Shown piece by piece: positions 60,545-64,000 of a stretch of DNA of 64,000 bases. Below the pieces are notes generated by a model. The model was not told the origin of the DNA. It did not search any database and saw only the letters and a program-made list of their open reading frames with translations. This stretch comes from an uncultured Verrucomicrobiae bacterium (lineage in GTDB: Bacteria; Chlamydiota; Chlamydiia; Chlamydiales; Rhabdochlamydiaceae), in contig CAWEXY010000018.1 in the NCBI GenBank assembly GCA_963813135.1, positions 31,509 to 95,508 of the forward strand, in the 5' to 3' direction. Each line of letters opens with the position of its first letter. The stretch's first letter is position 1. The translations under genes and the position numbers were made by a program.

Positions 60545-63500
60545 ATGAGTGATAAACCAGGCACCGTAAGCAGTTCGCCGCCTACATATTCATGGTGGGT
60601 ATCTTTTACAGAAAAAGTTGCTGACCTGGCGTCTTTTGCAAGCGCCCCGACTCATTATCTCAATCAAAAGATTGATGGAAAGAAAAATGAATTTTGGGTT
60701 GAGCTGCTACGCTTATCGCCTCGTGTCTTAATCCATCTTCATCAAGCGATTGAATCTAAAGCACCCGATGCAGAAATCGCAGCAAAAGTCTCGAGCATCT
60801 TCGCAGAATACCTTAGAAGCACATCGGCGCCAGAGCAAAAGTCCTCATCGGAAAAAGAGGAAACAACAGATGAAGCTGGAAAAGATTTTCATGACATGCG
60901 CAGCAATTCCACCAATGGGGTTTCGAAGACTCCGCCCAATGGCACTCCTTCAGAATCAAATTCGGCAGATTTTTATTCTGAATTAGTAAAAGCCTGTCAA
61001 CTGTCGGAAGATGAAAAGGGAGAAATCAACGTCTTCATCCAAAAACTTGCGGAGAACAATGGGTCTACTCTCCAGGCAAAATTAAAAGATCTGGATGATC
61101 ATATAGTAAATTTGATCGGAAAAAAGAGCGGATATTCCAACAAACGCTAAACCGGCTAAACGAAGGGTTAACAGCGCCGGGCGGCACTCTTGATTCCTTA
61201 GCTCAATCCGTGCGCACAAGTATAGCCGCCGCTCTTGCAGACCCGGCTCCAGACCAAGTGATCGAAGCGGAAGCAGCCATGAGCGCTTTACTAGTTGAAA
61301 TGAGAAAATCATCGTCGCAGCCAAGAGGCCAGTTATTCACCAAAGCCGGCGAAACCTTTCAAAAGTTCTTGAGTTGGGATAAGTATGCAACACTTCCTCT
61401 CGATGATGCAAAAAGAGGCTATTTCGTCACCATTGGCGCAGCATTCGACCAGGAACATATCACCTTAGATCAAGTCGAAAAGGCGCATCAACTTTTATTC
61501 AATCTGCGATGCGAAACATCCGGGCTGGTTCAACGTATCATGCTTCGGGCCTTAGAGACGGCTGTGCTGCAAGCAACGAGTTTATTTGGACTCAACGCAG
61601 GAGAACCCGAAGGAGAGCCCGCACCAAAAAAAGAATCCGAACTTGACAAGGCTTTAGGTCCGCAAGCTGCCGCGCCGCCTATGGAACAGCCCGTCCCAGT
61701 AGATAAGCGCCCAGTACAGGATAGAATTCAAGAAGAGCGCGACAAATTCGTCAAAAATGCAATGCGGACAGCCCTCGCGGCACGAGCCCAAACTTGGTGT
61801 CCAGCTTCCGATAGTATCTCTTTTTCAAAAAGAATGACCGGTCTAATCAAGACCTCTCAGGCGGAACAACAAGATGTATTTGTACAACGCTTGTTTCAGG
61901 AAATTGACAACTCTAAATGGAGGTTTCCGAGAAGGTGGGGTGCAAAACTTGAGGTTCTAACATGGCAAGGCATTATCGATTATTTCGTATCGAAATTTAC
62001 CGATAATGTTTTTGAAAAATTGGATTCAAGCATTCCTCCTACCAAGGAAGCCCGAGAACAGGTTTTAGACCGTCTCATATGCCATTTCAACAACGATTTG
62101 GCTGCTATCAACGAAATCTACGACGTGATGAGCAAAGAGACCGGACATACGGCAAGCATAGAAACCGTTCTCGATAAAAAGCTCAAGCATCCTGGCTTAC
62201 ATGGCAAGTTAACATCTGATCAAGTTGAAAATGAATTTATTCGCAAAATTCTACTGAATTTTGTTCCCGAAATTTCTTTGCGCAGCTTTCTCACCCACAA
62301 GCTAGAGCAAATCCGGTTTTCGAAAAATTACCTTATTCTCCGATTTTTCAATCTATTCCTTGCTCTGATTACAAATCTGATTTGGGCGGCATTGTTCCCG
62401 ATCCTCTTTTTGATTGATAAAAGTATTACCTATTTTATTTTAGGACTGGTCAAATTTACCCCCGTTCCCTCCTTAATTAGAAAAAAATTCCGAACTGTTG
62501 ACCAAAAGGCCGCACTAAAGAGCGCCTACTCGCATGCGATCAATAGTGTTCTTCTTGCCAAATTAAAAGAAGTCGAAGCCTCCCTCAAAACGGCTCCTTC
62601 TTCAGAAAATGCCCCTCAATCCAATGAATTTGTTGGGGAAATTCTCAGCGAAACAGCCAAAGGAAATATCAATCAACTGGTCTCAAACCTTTCTCTCCTG
62701 CTCGAAAATCAACGGTTTAAAACATTTTGCCAGATGCGTACCGACAAAGCTAGCCAACCGTTTCAAAGCATTAACACTATTTTCTAAAGTGTCGCTAACT
62801 GTTATTGGTTTTGACCTCAACATTAAGGCAGCTGCGAGTGAAGAAGCCGCTAATCAACTTGCCTCAGCTCTAGCCTCCCTTTTACGCAAAGACCAGGTAG
62901 ACGAACTGATTTGCAGACATCCTTGGAAGCCTCAATGAAAGTATGCTCTCGACGAAATTATATCTGATACAGAAAAGGTCAATACCGAATCGGCAAATGT
63001 ATAATAAATTGCTCAGTATTGTAAAACTGACAATTCGCAATGCAATCGAAGGACAACTTCAGCCTGAGGTTCGATACCAGGGCTATGCCGATCAGTTCAT
63101 AGGAAACGTAAAGCTTGCGTGCCGCATTTTAACTGAAGCCGACTATTCAAAAGAAACACACAGTTCTATCACAGAAAAAAAGAGCACCCTCTTACAAGAT
63201 TTTGATGGTCTGCGCAAATCAGTCAATACGGAAATTGGCATGACCAAAACTCATCCCCTTTCCTCTCTGCAAGAGACTTATATTGAACCTCTATGCGCCT
63301 TCCTTAATAAACAGCTGCAGCCTTTGATTTTGGAGCTGCAAACGTATGAAACAAATGTCGAGCAAACAAATAGTAAAATGACCCAATTGAACGCTATCCT
63401 TGCCTTGGCCCGGCAAATTCCTTCGAATGAAGCAGCGCTGCCCCAAAAATTGGCTGAGCTGAGCAAACTCACAGAATCGTTAGAGACAAGAGCCGGAACT

Positions 63501-64000
63501 TCAAGAGCTATTCGGAAAAATTGCAGATATCAACAAAGCGCTCACCGAAAAATATGAAAAAAGGCGATCTTTACAAAACCTAACATCTACCTACTTCGTC
63601 GGAGAGGCCAGCATTGATGGATTAAAGATTGAACAAGAACACAAAGACGACCTGAAACAGAAACTGAAGACCAAGACACATATCCCACGTATCAGAGAAT
63701 TGATTACCGAATACCAAGTAGATTTTCGAGCCGTTCACACAGTTTACAAAAGACTTAGAGGATAAAGTTAAGGTATTCGAAGAAAAAATAACTGCGGCTG
63801 AAAAAGAAAAAAGTCAACAACTAGCAAAAATTGGCCAGGTGTTATCGGTTTCAAAAAAGCAGCCGACAACCTTCCTGCATTCAAAAGCAAGCCGGTTCAT
63901 CTCCTTCGATATGTATCCAATGACCAAATTCGTTTCACGATCCTGCAAATCATCACCAATCTTGTTTCAGCTGAAATCCTTCCAGATGTTAAACAAGCGC
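60545..64000 (+). CDS. large helical hypothetical protein fragmented into consecutive ORFs (60545-61150, 61210-62787, to 62938, 62943-63557 and beyond)
   Basis: Same-strand ORFs with overlapping open frames at the junctions; hydrophobic segment near 62330-62460; no recognisable family. Confidence 0.55.

Overview
A 64 kb chromosomal segment from an environmental member of the Chlamydiae. Gene content and order match chlamydial synteny blocks: gyrA-gyrB-dciA, yidC-dnaA, slc1-glgX, lipoprotein-CPBP-PP2C-iscS-two CNNM genes, and ftsL-like-dcd-ruvB-spoIID. It carries a complete classical menaquinone pathway (menG/F/D/H/B/A/C/E plus a thioesterase) split up by accessory DNA: two type II TA modules, a two-partner secretion pair, MITEs and REP-like hairpins. 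It also encodes several surface or host-interaction proteins: a Gly-rich autotransporter, a propeller-repeat secreted protein paired with a small beta-barrel, SET and F-box proteins, a GH18-like fragment, a GT10 and a kinase. An SRP RNA lies near 58.8 kb. The most notable unannotated structure is (i) a secreted repeat protein with a distinct C-terminal domain, coupled to its own small outer-membrane barrel (candidate export/display pair); (ii) a 2-gene AT-rich effector-like islet flanked by a duplicated yidC 3' end; (iii) a TA-flanked 157-bp palindromic MITE inserted in frame into a lipoprotein signal peptide, with a relative upstream of typA; (iv) an inverted relic of an autotransporter 3' end next to IS200/IS605-like hairpins; (v) two REP-like hairpin families, one amplified into a 93-bp tandem array. 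Many single-base frameshifts at short base runs suggest long-read assembly errors, so pseudogene calls are tentative.
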